This document shows, one piece after another, positions 14,350 through 28,305 of a stretch of 64,000 bases of DNA. A program made the translations under genes and the position numbers. Numbering within the stretch: the stretch's first letter is position 1; every line of letters begins with the position of its first letter. This DNA comes from Camelus ferus (taxonomy: Eukaryota): NCBI RefSeq assembly GCF_009834535.1, contig NC_045696.1, positions 110,734,001 to 110,798,000 on the forward strand, in the 5' to 3' direction. A model generated the notes under the pieces. It was not told the origin of the DNA, did no database searches, and saw only the letters and a program-made list of their open reading frames with translations.

Positions 14350-15620
14350 AAAACCATCTATTCACGAATGACTTCCAAATTTAAATCTTTCCCAACTCAA
14401 GGCTCATATAGCCAACTGTGTACTCAACATATTCCCTTGGACACCTAACAGGCATTTCAATCTCAACAAGTCCAAAACTGAGCTCCCAGTCCCCTTGCCC
14501 CCGCCTCCCCCACCAAATCTGTTCTTCCCACAGCCTCTCCCATCTCAATTCATTGAAACTTCCTTCTTCTAGTGTCTCCGCTCCATACTCGTGGAGTCCC
14601 CCTTGACACCTCTCTTTCTCTCACATCCTATACCTACTCTGAAGTCCTATTGGTTCTACCAAAAACTGTACCCAGAAACCAATGATTTCTTCCCTTCTCA
14701 GCCACCACCCTGTTTTTGAACCATCATCATCATTTGCTGGGATCAGCACAACATGCTCCTGATTTGCTCTTAGCTTCTATCCTTTCTCCCCTACAACTTG
14801 CTTTCAACACAGCAGCCACTAAGCTTCAAGTCAAATCACACCACTCCTATACTAAAAACAAAGTCTTCAATGAACTCTCACCTCACTCAGAATGAAAGCC
14901 AAAGTTCTGATGATAACCAGGTCACGGGGCTCTCCATTATCTTATTAACCTCTTGGGTTTCTTTTCTGCACACTCTTGCCTTCACTTAACTCTCTTTTGG
15001 CCACACAGGCCTTCTTGTTCCTCAAACGTGCCAGGCACACTCCCCTTCACTGCCGCTGCCTAGAAGCTCTTCTCACAAATCTCGGCACCAGGTAAACCCA
15101 TCACCTTCCCTGCTCAGCTCTTATCTTCTCAACAAGGACTTTCTATGTAAAAGGGCAACCTTCCCACGTTTGCAGATGCTAACTACTATATATAAAATAG
15201 ATAAACAACAAGTTCATGCTGTAGCACACAGGGAACTCTATTCAATATCTTGTAGTAACCTATAATGAAGAAGAATATGAAAATGAATATATGTATGACT
15301 GAAACATTATTAGGTCCACCACAAATTGACACAACATTGAAAACTGACTATACATCAATCAAAAATATATTTTAAAAAAAGTGCCACCTGTATGCCCTCT
15401 CCCCATCCCCATCCCCACTTGGCACTTGTGACTCTCACCTTCCAAAGTACTTATTTATTATGTTTATTATTCATTGTCCATCTCTCCTTCCCTCTAACAG
15501 AATGTATGCGTCATGAGAGCAGGAGCCTTTGTCTTTTCTGTTCATGAATGTATCCCAAGCATTTAGAACAGTACTTGGCACATATCAGGAGCTCAATAAA
15601 TATTTGTGAGAATGAATGAT
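14350..15620. mobile_element. Old L2-like relic interrupted by an L1 fragment
   Basis: L2-type 3' end (agaacagtacttggcacatatcaggagctcaataaatatttg); boundaries approximate. Confidence 0.65.
15162..15376 (+). mobile_element. L1 3' end insertion
   Basis: L1 3'UTR; TSD aaaagggcaacct (15149-15161) / aaaagtgccacct (15377-15389). Confidence 0.85.
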
Positions 15621-18600
15621 CTAAAACTCATAGGTCCTCAGCTCTTAGTTCTGTGCTTTTCTCATGCTGTCGGGTTTCCTCTTAGCATCATGAGAAGGGG
15701 AATATTAATAAAATTAGGATCTGGCGGACTGGTGCCATTACCATTGTAGATGGAGTTAATGTAAAGTTGGAGGGAACTGAACAGAATTGAGGGAGAAAGG
15801 AAAGAACTAAACAGAAATGAGGGAAGAAGGAAGAGACTAATGATGCCTTAAAATTAATGTCCATGGCTGACTTGGAAATTTATTTTCAGTTTACTTTTTT
15901 GGCCATGTTGTCATACCCTTTCCCAACCTTTTTGTTTCCTTTATTCCTTCCTAGACATGTAGCGAGCACGCACGATATGCCAGATTAGCTGTGTGCTAGG
16001 TTCTGGGGTTCCGTGATCCCTGGTCTTGAGGAGGTCACCATCTAATGGGAGAGCTGGATAGCTAATTACGAGATGACGGGATAAATAGTAAAACAGAGGT
16101 GCAAAAGATGTGCCGTTGGAACAGAGAGAGAGCTGCAATCAACACAAAGTGGTCTATTTGGAAGAGAACGAGTTTGGAAAGGCTTCTGAGAAAATGATAA
16201 GATTTGAGCTGGACTTTTAGGTAAATAAGACTTTGCCACAAGACAGAGTGAGTTGCACAAGGGTGTCTTTGGGAAGTAATGAGCAGTAGCATGTTGTTGG
16301 AGTATAGGTTGTGGCAAGGTGAGACCAGATATGTAGGTTGAGGCTCAGGTTTTAGAAGGTCTGGTTTGCCACGTGGCAAATGGAAATCATCATGGAGGTG
16401 ACATGACCCAATCTGTGTTTTTTAAAAACAAGCAAAACTAGAAAAAAAAAGGTAGGATGGTGGAGACACTCTAGGCCTGATAGCTATTAAAATGTCTTTG
16501 ACAGGGTACGGAGGGCTCAGTGCTGGACGTGTGGCCCTGAGAACACAGATGAGGAGGTTCAAGAGAGAATCGTGAGGTAGCATTGACGGACTTGGTGATG
16601 GTCTAAATATACTGGTCAAGGAAGGAAAGCTGTGGTCATGGATTCTAGGTTGGGTGAATGGGAAAATGATTAGGCTGTGAATTGAGATCCAAAGCACATT
16701 AGAAAGGACCCATTTGGAATAGAGGAGATAATAAATTTAGTTTCAAACTGGGATTGAGATGAGTCATTGTCCTAGTAGAGATGATCAGCAGGCAGCTGGA
16801 AAAAACGGGTCTAGAAGTCTACGTGTATATATGGAAATAAGGATTGTAGATGGAGAAGACGGAGGCCTGGCTAATATTGGCTTACGGTGAGTGTGGGATG
16901 AGGAAACCAAGGACAGGGCCCTGGGACACCATTGTTCAGGGCACTGGTGAAAATGATCAATCCAACAGAAACACGACAAAAAGTCAGAATAAAGAGAAGA
17001 CTCAGGAGAGATTTTCTCCCTTTCTCTCTCTTTCTGTTTCCCTTGTGTTTATTTTTTAAATTATATGCTCCCATGTACCATGAAGGATTTTGTGAGTTTG
17101 ACAGAGAGATGTTTAGAATCTGAGAAGGGAGAGTGATCAATTGTATCTACTGCAAAGAGATCTAGTGCAGGGTAGCGACTGACATGACATCCTACTACGA
17201 GCGGACACAAGAAAGCTGCTGAGCTGAGAATGGGCACTACTTTTTGGAAAACGATTTTGACAACATGTATCAAAAGCCTCTTCCTCTTGCCATGAAACCC
17301 CGAGTCCTGTCTTCTCTACCTCTTTTCCCCCTTTGAATATTCCTCCTTTTCTCCTTCACTCCTACTAGATTTTGGATTATTCCAACAGCCTCTCAAAAGT
17401 TCTCCTGCCCTCAGTTCCACTCCTCTTCAGTCCATTCTCCCCATTGGAACCAAAGAGGTCTGTCTAAAACAAGAGGCCAGTCATATCATCTGACCTTTGC
17501 CTAAAACCCTTTAATGACCAGAGCTACTCAACTTGACCTACAAGACACTTAACGCCTGCCTCTTCAGCATCTTTGCCCTCTCACGGATCGTAAGTTGTCC
17601 AGCTCCTAAAATGCCCCCATGCTGTCCTTAGCCCCTTGGCCTTCATACACTTTCCCTCTTTACCTATAACATTCTCCTCTCTCCTCACCTCCACTCACCT
17701 GGTTAACTCCTTCTCTCCTTCAGATTTGGTTTAAACATCTCTGCCTTTGAAAAGCCTTCTCTAACACCTTAGACTGCAGCTAATTGCCTCTGCTGTATGT
17801 TTTTATAGTTACCTGTGTGTCCCTCATCAGAGTACTCACCATATTTAATTGTTCAGCCTTGTTTAATTCTCTATCTTTCTTCCTGTCCTCCCTGCCTGCC
17901 TCCCCACCTCTGTGTCAAGATCTACAAGTCACGTGGGGAAAATTTTCTGGTCTTGCTGCTGTTTCCTCAGCAAACTTAATGCCTGCTACATAGGTACATA
18001 TCAAGTACATAATAGGTGCTCAATAAATATCCATTGTTTACTAACTGTTCTTATGCTTTGACCCACTAATCTTATTTTTGGGAATTTGTCCTAAGGGAAT
18101 AGTCCACAAGATGCTGTAGGATGGGAAGGAAGATGATATGGTAGAAACTATGGTGTTGGAGAGTGTTAGGCTTCAATCCTGACCTTATCACTTGTGGCAA
18201 GTTATTTTCCGAGGTTCAGTTTTCCTCCCTGTAAAAGGAGGAGATGTGATTTTGACAGGAAAAGGAAAAGAGGCCACTGAATTAGGCACTGATGACTTCC
18301 AAAAGGCAAGTTTCAACAAAGAGATGAAGGAAGGAAGAATACCATTTTACAGAATAGTTCAGGAGTTAAGAGGAAGCTGGGGAAATAGAGCTGGAGAATA
18401 TAAATTATTTATTTGAGGAAACTGGGATTGAGGACAGTGAGATGGAGTTGGCACATGAAGGTGCTCTTTGATGAGAGATTTGGACATTTTCATAGCAAAA
18501 AGAAGACAATGAAGCTAACGAAGAGATTCATCAAGGTCCAATGAGCCTACAGGTGGGGAGAGGAATTAGGTTACTCAAGAAGGAGCATGTTTTCTTGAGA

Positions 18601-20430
18601 AACAGCAGGAAAGGCAGGTTACAGCGTCTGAGATATTTTGAAGTAGTGACAGGAGAACTTAAAAGAGGTTTTAATGGGTTATCTTGCTCTTCTCAGGATA
18701 TCTCATGAGAATTAAAGAAGTCAAGATGGAATTCTAAGTTTGGGAAAATTAACAAGACCTTCTTGTTAGAAAACAAGAAAAGAGTCCAGTGAGGGTGACT
18801 ATAATTATTATGCAGTGTTGAAAGATCCAGCTGAGGTTGGAATAGAAATGTCAACGTTCATAGTTTGAAATGGTGACCACTGATTTTATTTAGCTCTACT
18901 CAGCAGATCAGAACGTTCAAACTGTGTGGTCGATTTGAGGTGGGGTTGGCTATTGGTGGGGTGCACAGGGTATGGGAAGGGCCATTATTAACGACTGTCA
19001 GAATTGCCTAGGTGGAGAGCAAGAGAGGAAGCGGGGAATGAGTTGGTATATACCACAGCAAGTGCCCAATGTCATTAACGAATGATGAGACATGTCCTGG
19101 GGAACTGATGACAATGGTGACAAGGATGAGAAAAAGGTATAGTAATCATATGGCCTCATCTCTGAGGGAGGAGGGGTGCTGTGAGGGAGATCATTGAACA
19201 GGGGCTCTAAAGAGCAACGAGGGACCAGAGAATGCCAAGGTGACTGTGAAGGAAACAGAGGCCAAGGACACAGCCACGATGGCATAAACATGGACATACA
19301 GTCAATGAGTGGGTCTTTATAATACACGTATAGTCAAAGCTCATTCATAGCCTCTGTCCCCCATTTATTGAAAACTGAGGTCCAGGCTTCTGACACCTGG
19401 GCCCAGTCATGAGGAAGACAGGCTAAGTAGGGAGGGTGGAACAGTTATTCAATTAGCAAATACTGTTTGAAGGCAGGTTCTAGGCATTGCCCACTGGCTG
19501 AAGATTCAAGGAGGAAAAAGGCCAGTTAGAAGCTCATAGCTGAGTCTTGGGCATGTATGTATGTGCTGTAGATTATCAGCTTTACGGAGATTATGAGGGG
19601 AACCTGGAACTTCTCACTGGTAAACCTCCTTCCTATGAAATAACTGGAGTTGGAGATGGAGGTGGGGCTGGGAGAGTGCTAGTGAAGAAAGTCTGACCAT
19701 GTTAGTGGAATTTTGGAATTAAAGAAGCATTTTCTTAAAAAAAAAAAAAAAAGAGTTTTATTCATTTCAGGCAACGTACTAAGGGACTCAAGCTTATCAT
19801 GAATTTCCCAGAAAAGGCTCCAGTCAATTTAATCGATATCAGAATGAAGTTAATTGAGTCCCTTAGCACTAGGTGAGAACACTGCTCATCGGTATGGGTA
19901 GAATTTCATGGATGGAGATACCCTAAGGAGAAGGGCCGCCAGGTATTCTGTACATATGGGATATGCCCTGTATTTAATGGTTTTGTCCTGCTTCCTCTTT
20001 TGGCTTTCTCAGGGCATCTTTCACATCTTGTCTTAAGGTTTTTTTGTTTTTTGTTTTAAGTTATAAAAATTCAGCAGTTAGAGCTACTTATCACACTTCT
20101 CTGGGCATCCTGTACCCCCATCTGCTTTAGTGCACCTACTAAAGAGTCATTCAAGCCCTACTACCTTCCATGCTTCAGCCTGCTCTGTAGTGCCTCTGCC
20201 AAGGCAAGTGGGCATCCAGCCCCATGGACACGTCTGGTCCCAGGGATTTCCCACCACCGAACACAGTCTGTCTTCCTGAAATGTTTACCTGCTGCCCCTC
20301 ACCTCACTGTTTGAGACCCTATGGAACACATCGAATCCTTTCTCCTTAAAGAAGTTCAAATATTGAATTCTCTCTGTTAGAGACCACTTCACGTTATAGA
20401 CATTTAACAAGCTTTCTATGAGCTAAAAAT

Positions 20431-20644
20431 CAATGGTGTTCTGGTAAACTGGACTTTAAAAAAAAAAAACAAACAGAAAACAAAACTCTGATTTGTAGCA
20501 TATGCTGATTTCTATGGTAAAAATACTCCTCCATGATACCATGGCCAATTTCAAACTGCCAAAGTGAAGTCATTAAGCTCAGAGTTGGGAGATAATACGT
20601 ACTTCCCACTCTTGAGATCTGTATGCGCTAGCTCCAGCACACCA
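20431..20644. mobile_element. hAT MITE (MER63-like)
   Basis: Inverted termini tggtgttctgg / ccagcacacca; family recalled from memory. Confidence 0.6.
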
Positions 20645-21588
20645 AACCCTAAGTTTTCTTTTTATTAACATATTTTGCTTCTTAATTATATTTCACTCTC
20701 CTTGGATACTGGATTGTTGATGTTGGTGTTTTGAAGAAAAGAATTCTACAAACATACTACAGGTAGATTTAAGAAGAAGAGGTGACAGATGACTATGGAG
20801 AATGAAGGAGAGGGTGATAATCTGATAATTTGCAGGTTACTACTAGGTGTTGGTGCTAATCAAGGTAGAAAGAGTAGGTTCAGAGAGGAAAGGTAAATAA
20901 TTTATACATTCATGAGCAAATATTTATTGAGCACGAATCCATGCCAGGAGCAGGCACCTCAGGGTGCTGAGGACAGATACAGGGCAGGATGCAACAAATA
21001 AAAAAATCCTTGCTCTTGTGGAGATGACATCTTATCTCATTAAAATTGGTCCCTTGAAGGAAACTCGTGGGAATCTCTTTGGACACTGAATCTTCTGCCA
21101 AGTAACTCCCCTGTGCTTTCCAGCTTCAAGCCACTGGCACATTTGATGAAGGCCTATTTAGCACCTGTACCATTAGAATAAACCTCATCCAAACTGATGT
21201 CATATGGCGTAGCTGTCATCTCTTGTAGGAAGCCTTCATTCCTTACCGTTTCCTTCCCTCCAAATCCAGGTAACTCTTGTTCCCATAGCAAACCTTGGAG
21301 TCATAAGACATAACCTTCGACATTCTATGTAATATGCATCTCTGTACTTCTCCACTACATTGTAGATTTCCCAAGGCAGTTTTCTGGGCAAGTTCCATCT
21401 TTATTCGGCCATGCTTCAGCTTAGCCTTTATCGGAAGTAGCCAAGTCCAAACTAAATACATTTTCAATGTAAAACGTTCATGTAAGCCAGTCAAATCATC
21501 TTACTTTATATTAATATTTTCCTTCTCATTACAGTAAAATAAAACCCCGAAATAAAAATAAAGCCCCTACAATCTGTCCTTCAGAAAT

Positions 21589-21684
21589 TTTATTCTAATT
21601 AAACACGCACACACTTTTCAAAAAATAAAAAATAAAAAGCATTACAAAAGTAATGCTTTTGAACTTCCTAATAGTGACTTTATT
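21589..21684 (-). terminator. Two AATAAA poly(A) signals for the secreted isoform (21679-21684, 21589-21594)
   Basis: Each is followed by U/GU-rich sequence on the minus strand; further AATAAA at 21908-21913 and 21400-21405. Confidence 0.6.
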
Positions 21685-22463
21685 CACTCTTTTACATTTG
21701 GCTCACTGCTGGAGGAAAGTTACATCCATGGAGGAGACAGGGTAATTAGATGATGGCCCCAAGGCCAAATATTTACTTTGAAGAGAAATAACACAAACAC
21801 ATCAATTGGTATCTTGTGTCAGTCATCCCATGACCGACCTGGAGGGGGAATGGCTTTGCTCTAGGCACTGGCATCCAGTAGAAACCATCTCTAGAAACTG
21901 TTCCATCTTTATTTGTGCCAGTAACGTAGCAGGGTGCTCTTTGTGTTTTGTCTGCACATGGCGAATCTACAGGACTCTAAATAGTGTCATTCAAACATGA
22001 GTTCTTCTTGTATAGTAAGTCGCTTCAGCAGGACCTGTGAGTTTGCTTGGGTTTTCTGAAGATCCCAGAATCAAAGCCTTACATATTCTTTCTGTCCTCA
22101 GGACAGATACCACACCCGCATTAAGCATTCCAGTAAGGTTTGATCTGGGAGGTATTCAGAACACTCTTGCATTTCTAATTTTGTTCCGCTTTGATATGTG
22201 TGCCCTGAATTCCAATTCTTTGACCCCAAGTAAATGCTTTCTGCTTGATTACTGCCTCCCGGGTTTGGCAAGCTTTATGGCAAGGAGGGGCAGGACCAGG
22301 TGGAGAGGTAGGAATTGCCTAAAGTTCAGGTCCCTGAAACATACAATTATCACCCAAAACCTATTTCCCACAAAGATGGGGGTGATGACCAAATTATATC
22401 CTCAAAGCACCATCTGCCTGCACAAAGGGGGTCCTGCCCTTTCTGCAGCACTCTACACGCCCT

Positions 22464-22653
22464 CTAGTCCAGAATGGCCTCGGTACCTTCATAGTTGCTC
22501 GTGGTACACTCTGCGGACCAGTCTTGGGGGATCACGGGGGCCACCAGCTCAGCAAACTTCGTCAGAGGGCAGCTGGGGGTGCAGCCAGGCAGCGTGAGGG
22601 GATGTGGCTCCTGCCACGTCGTGTTCCGATAGTACATCTCCACGAAGTGCTCC
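22464..22653 (-). CDS. ACP3: ACP3 exon 10 (secreted form ends at TAG; internal donor at 22487/22486 for the TM form)
   Basis: caccag|(G)EHFVEMYYRNTTWQEPHPLTLPGCTPSCPLTKFAELVAPVIPQDWSAECTTSNYEGTEAILD*; total CDS 1158 nt = 385 aa. Confidence 0.97.
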
Positions 22654-23619
22654 CTGGTGGGGGAAGCGCAGGAAGGCAGAGGAGAAGCCCCGTTACTTCT
22701 GTGTTGTTGAACTGCCTTTGAATTTTCTTTTTTTTCCACCTGGCCTGTAACATGTCAGTTGAAGGACTAGTGGAAGAATTTATGGGAACGAGTAGATACT
22801 AGCCAACTTAGTTGTGGGAAGAGGGGGGGTTGGGGCACGTGGGCCAGCCGGGGAGGGTGGAAATGGGAGAACTGGTTTGTTAGATGACCAAAGGCATATG
22901 AGGCAGGGACCAGGATGCTTAATTAGAGAAGGAGCTGAGAGGTGATGATTGGGGGAGTCGGGGGTGATCTGAACCTTTGAGCGAGAAGTAGGGGGCAGGT
23001 GAGATACTGTTTTTTTCCCCCTTATTATCTCCCTTTTATGCTTCTCATTTGCTCCTTCCTTTTCTCTCTTAATATTTCTTTCAATCTTTCCCCTGAATGA
23101 ATGTATCTGTCCTCTCCTGTAACCAGACCAGAAATCTGGAACTGAATAGAATAAAACATAGGTGCTTGAATATGCAGCAAGACTTATCAGAGCCTTACTG
23201 AGGGGGGCTCTCGCAATACTTTATTTCAGAAAGCAATGCACTGTTTAAGGAAGGACGACTGCCCCAAACCAACCTTGTAAAGCTAGTATGAGGTGCCTAC
23301 GGAAGTCATTTGCCAAAGAGGCAGAAGAGAGATTCAAATAGAATTTAGTCACCTTTCTTGGGATAGTAATCTCACAATTGCAACGTTTGGATGTTGTTAT
23401 AAACAAGCCTTTTAAAACATCACTTTAAAAAGCCATAGAAACAATAGTAACCACAAATACTCACTTATAAGAATACATCTTAAAAAACTTTCCTTATATT
23501 ACATGAATGAGTACCTATACCTCAGAATAACTTTCTCGGTGACAGCGTCTTTTATTTCAAGATAATATGACAAGACGACTAATAGTCTATCAAAATTCAT
23601 GATTCTCTTTGCATAGAAT

Positions 23620-24023
23620 AAATTTACAGCTGAGACGTGACTACACTTCCCAGACTCCCTTGTACTCAGGAAGGACCAAGCGACTAATTTCAGCTAGCAG
23701 AATAGAAGCAGAAGTGACATGTGCCCCTTCTGGGCTGAGATGCCCAATAAGCAGACTGCCTTCTCCACCCTCTCATCTTTTTCTACAAGCTGCCTGCAAG
23801 TGAACGCAGCGCTCTGGAAAACTGTGAGTCCAAAAGATGGAACCCTGGGTCCCCGAATCACACCATGTGTGTGACTCACACCTTAGGTGAGTCACTTCCT
23901 ACTGCCCAGGAACATCTGCAACGGACTGTGAGATGAGTGAGAACGACATCTCCATGGGGTTAAGCCTCGACAACTTGACTGTTTATCTGTACAGCAGCCA
24001 GAATTACCCTGATTAATTAATAC
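23620..24023 (+). mobile_element. MaLR LTR (MLT1-like)
   Basis: gcagaagtgacatgtgccccttctgggctgag and ...ggttaagcc...cctgattaattaatac motifs. Confidence 0.65.
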
Positions 24024-25111
24024 CTTTGGAAAATAGTTTTAGGGGACTCAAAATTGGCTCCAGTGGTAAAGACACACGTTAAGATGCCTATAAAGAGTTT
24101 GGATGAAAATGTTTCCTAAATGTGAAAGTGGAAAGAGACACTATTTTCTTAAATTAGTGAATTACTTTATATGGTATATGATTTTAAGTTTATGTATGTA
24201 ACCAGAAATGAAATATTTTAAGAGTATATTTAGCTATCTTATCCATAACCTTGAGTTTACATATATAAGATAGATAACAATCTCTTTTTCTGTTTTTTTA
24301 TTTTCTTATCGGGATAAATTGGGATCACCCTATACTGGGGATCACCTAATTTTTATGCATATATCTATGTCTGTATTGTTAACTCGGACCCTCCTTGTTT
24401 CTAATTTAAAAGCAAGCCAGTTTAACTTACGATATTTCTCTGGAGTGTTCAAAGAAATTTCCCAATATAACAACAAACTTGACTTCTAACAGTGACTGGC
24501 CCTTGGTTACTTCTTTTTTTTCTGTAGGTCAATGTCTCTCAGTTGAAAAATGCCCCACACTTGATGATTCATAACATGAATGTATTTAAGGTGGTGTGAG
24601 AAGGCGATTCATAGGTCAGAATGCTGCAGTGCCCTAAGTAGAAGCAGGTGCAGGACCACTGGGATGCAGAAACCAGAGACGAGGGAGGGTCCGGTGAAGT
24701 GGGCAGTTCCTTTTGTCTTATCTTGGACAGTGCCTACTCCTAGAGCTGAGCCTGCAGTCGTCACTGGATGTGCTAACTCCCTGGAGTGGGCATTCGATGG
24801 GGCAGCCATACGCAGGGCTTATCTGTGACAGAGCACTTTATGTCCTCCGTCTTCTCATTCCCATTTTCAGCTCTGTGGGTATTCTCCACATAGTGGGTAT
24901 CGTTCTCTCCACTCTGACTCTAGCTATTTGAGGGCACAACTTGCTAAGACCACATTTTAATTCCATCTCATTGTGCTTGGCACCCAGTTAGAGCTTCAAC
25001 AACGGATGCACTTACCCTTCCTTAACCGTGCACAACTCACTTTCTTTGTAAGCAGTGAAGGCGCTGGGTGAGAATGGGCCTCTGAGCTGGCTACTTTCCT
25101 ACTCTATAAAT

Positions 25112-25286
25112 TCAGGTGGCCAGACAACTATAGCCAGGACTACGAAGTGTGAAAAAAAAAAAAATGCAGGGCTCCTTGTTTAAAAGGTATTAAGAATTTC
25201 AAGATGGCAACAAAGGTGCGTTAAACCAAGCCTGGCTCTTTTGAGCAACAGGGCCCTATGTAACCTCACGGTCAGGGTGGTTCTGT
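25112..25286. mobile_element. hAT-Tip100 MITE (MER45A-like)
   Basis: aaaatgcagggctccttgttt...ttaagaatttcaagatggcaac...gggccctatgtaacc. Confidence 0.6.
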
Positions 25287-26034
25287 CTGCAGTAATTGTG
25301 GCTGCCTTGAGAGATGAGCGAAGTGTGCTTCCCCAGCTAACCCTGAAACCACACTCTGGGGTCACTGCTCTGCCTCCACCCCTTCCTCGTTCTTATTCCA
25401 TCAGTAATGTCCCATGACGTCTTCCTCCTTCCTCCCAACGAGAATGCCAGTGACACAGCAGATACAAAGTTTTGGTGTGACCTTGCCCATTGTGACCAAC
25501 CCTTCCTGGTTTGTCCAGGACTTTCCTGGTTTTAACAATGAAACTCACGTGTTCCAGAACACCTTCAGTTCTGACTAACCTTGGCCTTTCTAGTGGACTT
25601 GTGCTAGCTGGGGAGGGTCACACCAGGCTACAAAGAAGTAAACACTGCACAGAAGCTGTACTTTAAGAATCCTACCTGGCAGATATGAATCACCAGAAGC
25701 TGCATAGACATGTTTGAAATTAAAAGAACATTATTTATAACCATACACAAACTTTATTTTTCTCCTGGTATCGTCTACCACCTTGTATTTTCCAAGAGAA
25801 CAATGCAATGTCCACAGACTTCTTAGAAAATCTTCATCTTTTCAAAAAAACATCATTTCTGTCACCTAGGCTGGTTCTCCCAACTTTTTCAACTACTGCG
25901 TCTGTACATTCTTTCCCAATAAAATAAAGCAAAGAAAAAAGGAGTCATGACTAGCAAAGATATTGGTACTCGCCACCATTCTTCCCTCTGAATATAAAAC
26001 CAAACCAAACCAACCAGAGACAAAACCCTTAAGC

Positions 26035-26035
26035 C

Positions 26036-26073
<38 letters not shown>
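26035..26073 (+). repeat. (CAA)13 microsatellite in intron 9
   Basis: Read directly; explains the poly-Cys ORF at 25893-26126. Confidence 0.95.
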
Positions 26074-26074
<1 letters not shown>

Positions 26075-26130
26075 AACAAAGCCTGGGGTCCAGTGATATT
26101 AATCTTGAAAAGCATCTCTTAGACACTCAC

Positions 26131-26234
26131 CCCTTCTCCAGGTACAATTCCATTAAGTGGCAGGAAGCGTAGGGAGGAAGGATTCCGTTGTAGACATCTA
26201 GCGCCATCTGGAGGGCACTCACGGTAGTGTCATG
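26131..26234 (-). CDS. ACP3: ACP3 exon 9, HD catalytic motif (H289-D290)
   Basis: tgttag|[34 protein letters not shown](G)|gtgagt, 104 nt. Confidence 0.97.
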
Positions 26235-27939
26235 CTAACAGAGATTTCAAACAAACATTTTTTGATCTTTGCGTCTGGTTCAGATTTAGTCCATAGATAT
26301 GTACTAAACACTTGTAGAACACCACAATGGTTTCTGATCCAATTAAATTTCCCATTACCCCAGTGACTTAAAAAGTAGAGAGGGAAAGGGCTAATTTTGG
26401 TTGCGAATCTGCTGGGTGTAGGTAGTGAGATTTAATATACACATCATTATTTCCCTTTAAAAGACGAAGAAATTGAGACCCAAAGAAATTAATTAACTTG
26501 CTTAATGTCATATGTCTCCAAAGTGGAAGAAAGTAAATTCGAGCCAAGTCTTCTGATTTTGTTCCATGCTTTTCCCCAGTAGAATATATCTCTGTTTTAG
26601 TTTGTTTCATTCATTTTCATTAAATTTTAAAATAATTTGGAAAACATTAATGCTAGATTATATTTTTTCTATAGATTAGCATGATCTGTGATTTTAAGTT
26701 TGGAGAAGAATATATGAGGTTATAAATGGTTAGAGAGAATAAAATGTAAGGAAGTAGAGTGTGTAGCTTAATGATAATTGTTAAAGGTTTATCTCAGAAT
26801 AGCTGGAGGGCATAGGGGGCTGGTTTTCAGCCCCAGTTTTGCCACTGATTAGCTATCTAATCTTAAGAAATCCTCAATTTGCATATCTACAAAATGGGCA
26901 TAATATTTGGTTGCCTGAACTATATGGCAGTATACACATACTCAAAAGGAGTTAGTACTGATTTACTAGAGAAAAAAAAAGGATTTTACAGATTTATGAC
27001 TTGCCAGAAGTCAACCACACAAGTTAGTACTGGAAATCAGATTAGAAACTAAAAAAATCAAAAGAATCAACTAATTTCAAGTCTACCTTTTTCCAAGAAG
27101 CCCTATACTCTGTTCCCTCTGTGAGTTCGTTCTCTAGCCTACACCATTTGGAACCCAAGACAATAAATAAACTTCCTGTATCTTTAGTCACCTCTTCAAT
27201 CCTCTTGCAGAATGAAAGCCTGGGTTTCTCCAGCTAAACCATATCTGAGAAATCCACTGTCATGGAGAAGTGGGTGGGAGCCTGAGCAGGGCACCATGTC
27301 CTGTTTCCTTGCTCATCCAGACTCCATGGACAGCCACTTCAGTGCGTGGTACATCCCCAGCAATCTCCCTTCACAGTGTCTCTTTCCCTGGCTCCTGCTT
27401 CAAGATGGATGTCTTCTCCAAGCTCTCTCTCTTTCCTTTCTGCAGCCAAATATAGCTCTAACTTCAAGTCACAGCTCACCTTCCCTTGCCCTCTTCTGTT
27501 GCCACCTGAAGTTTCCTCCTTGGATGCCCTTGGCATTTCAAATCCAGCTGCCTAATCAGCACACTCACCTGGCTGGTGACCGCCTCTGTGAATGGTTCCA
27601 CCCTCTTCCCAGTCTTCGAGGCTTGAAACATCACCTTCACTTGTGGCTTACCTTCCACACCATTGCCCTCTGCCCACATTTCATTTCATCACCACGTCCT
27701 GTACACTCAGCTCTCCTTGTGACCCTGCTGCCCCCTTTCCCCTCCTGCTGCCGCTCTGGTTTTAGTTTGGAACAGTAGTGTTGTTTCCTTTCTCTGAGGC
27801 ACCGAGGCGCTGGCGTGAATGACGCTGCTAGTCTGCTTTGCGTGGTGTTTGCATGCTCATTTGTCTTTTTGTCAGCATTAGATTGTAAATTCCTTGAGGA
27901 CTAGAATTAGGTATCTAATTAAGTTAATTATTTAAATTA

Positions 27940-28165
27940 AATTTTATTAAAATATGGTCAGTTACAATGTGTCAGTTTCTGGTGCACAGCATCATGTGTC
28001 AGTCATACATATACATACATGTATTCCTTTTCATACTCTTTTTCATTATAGGTTACTACAAGATATTGAATATAGTTCCCTGTGCGCTACAGAAGAAACT
28101 TGCTTTTCATCTGTTTTATATATACATATATATAGTAGTTAGTATTTGCACATCTCCAACTCCCA
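27940..28165 (-). mobile_element. L1 3' end fragment in intron 8
   Basis: gtcagttacaatgtgtcagtttctggtgcacagcat is the reverse complement of the L1 3'UTR. Confidence 0.85.
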
Positions 28166-28305
28166 ATATGTATTTAATTTTAAAAGATTTTAACAGGGGT
28201 CTACCATTTATAGGGTAATAGGGAAATGGTGATGAAGGGAATGAGGCTCCTGAAAGAATTCGCACCCTTGAACAAACGGATGTTGAAGGGAGATGAGACA
28301 CTCAC

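Noticed and set aside
22037..22597. 186-aa plus-strand ORF
   Set aside because: Antisense to exon 10 and its 3'UTR, non-ATG start, no recognisable protein features
25893..26126. Poly-cysteine ORF
   Set aside because: Translation of the (CAA)13 microsatellite
27212..27778. 188-aa plus-strand ORF in intron 8
   Set aside because: CT-rich low-information sequence with no recognisable domain; probably a chance ORF
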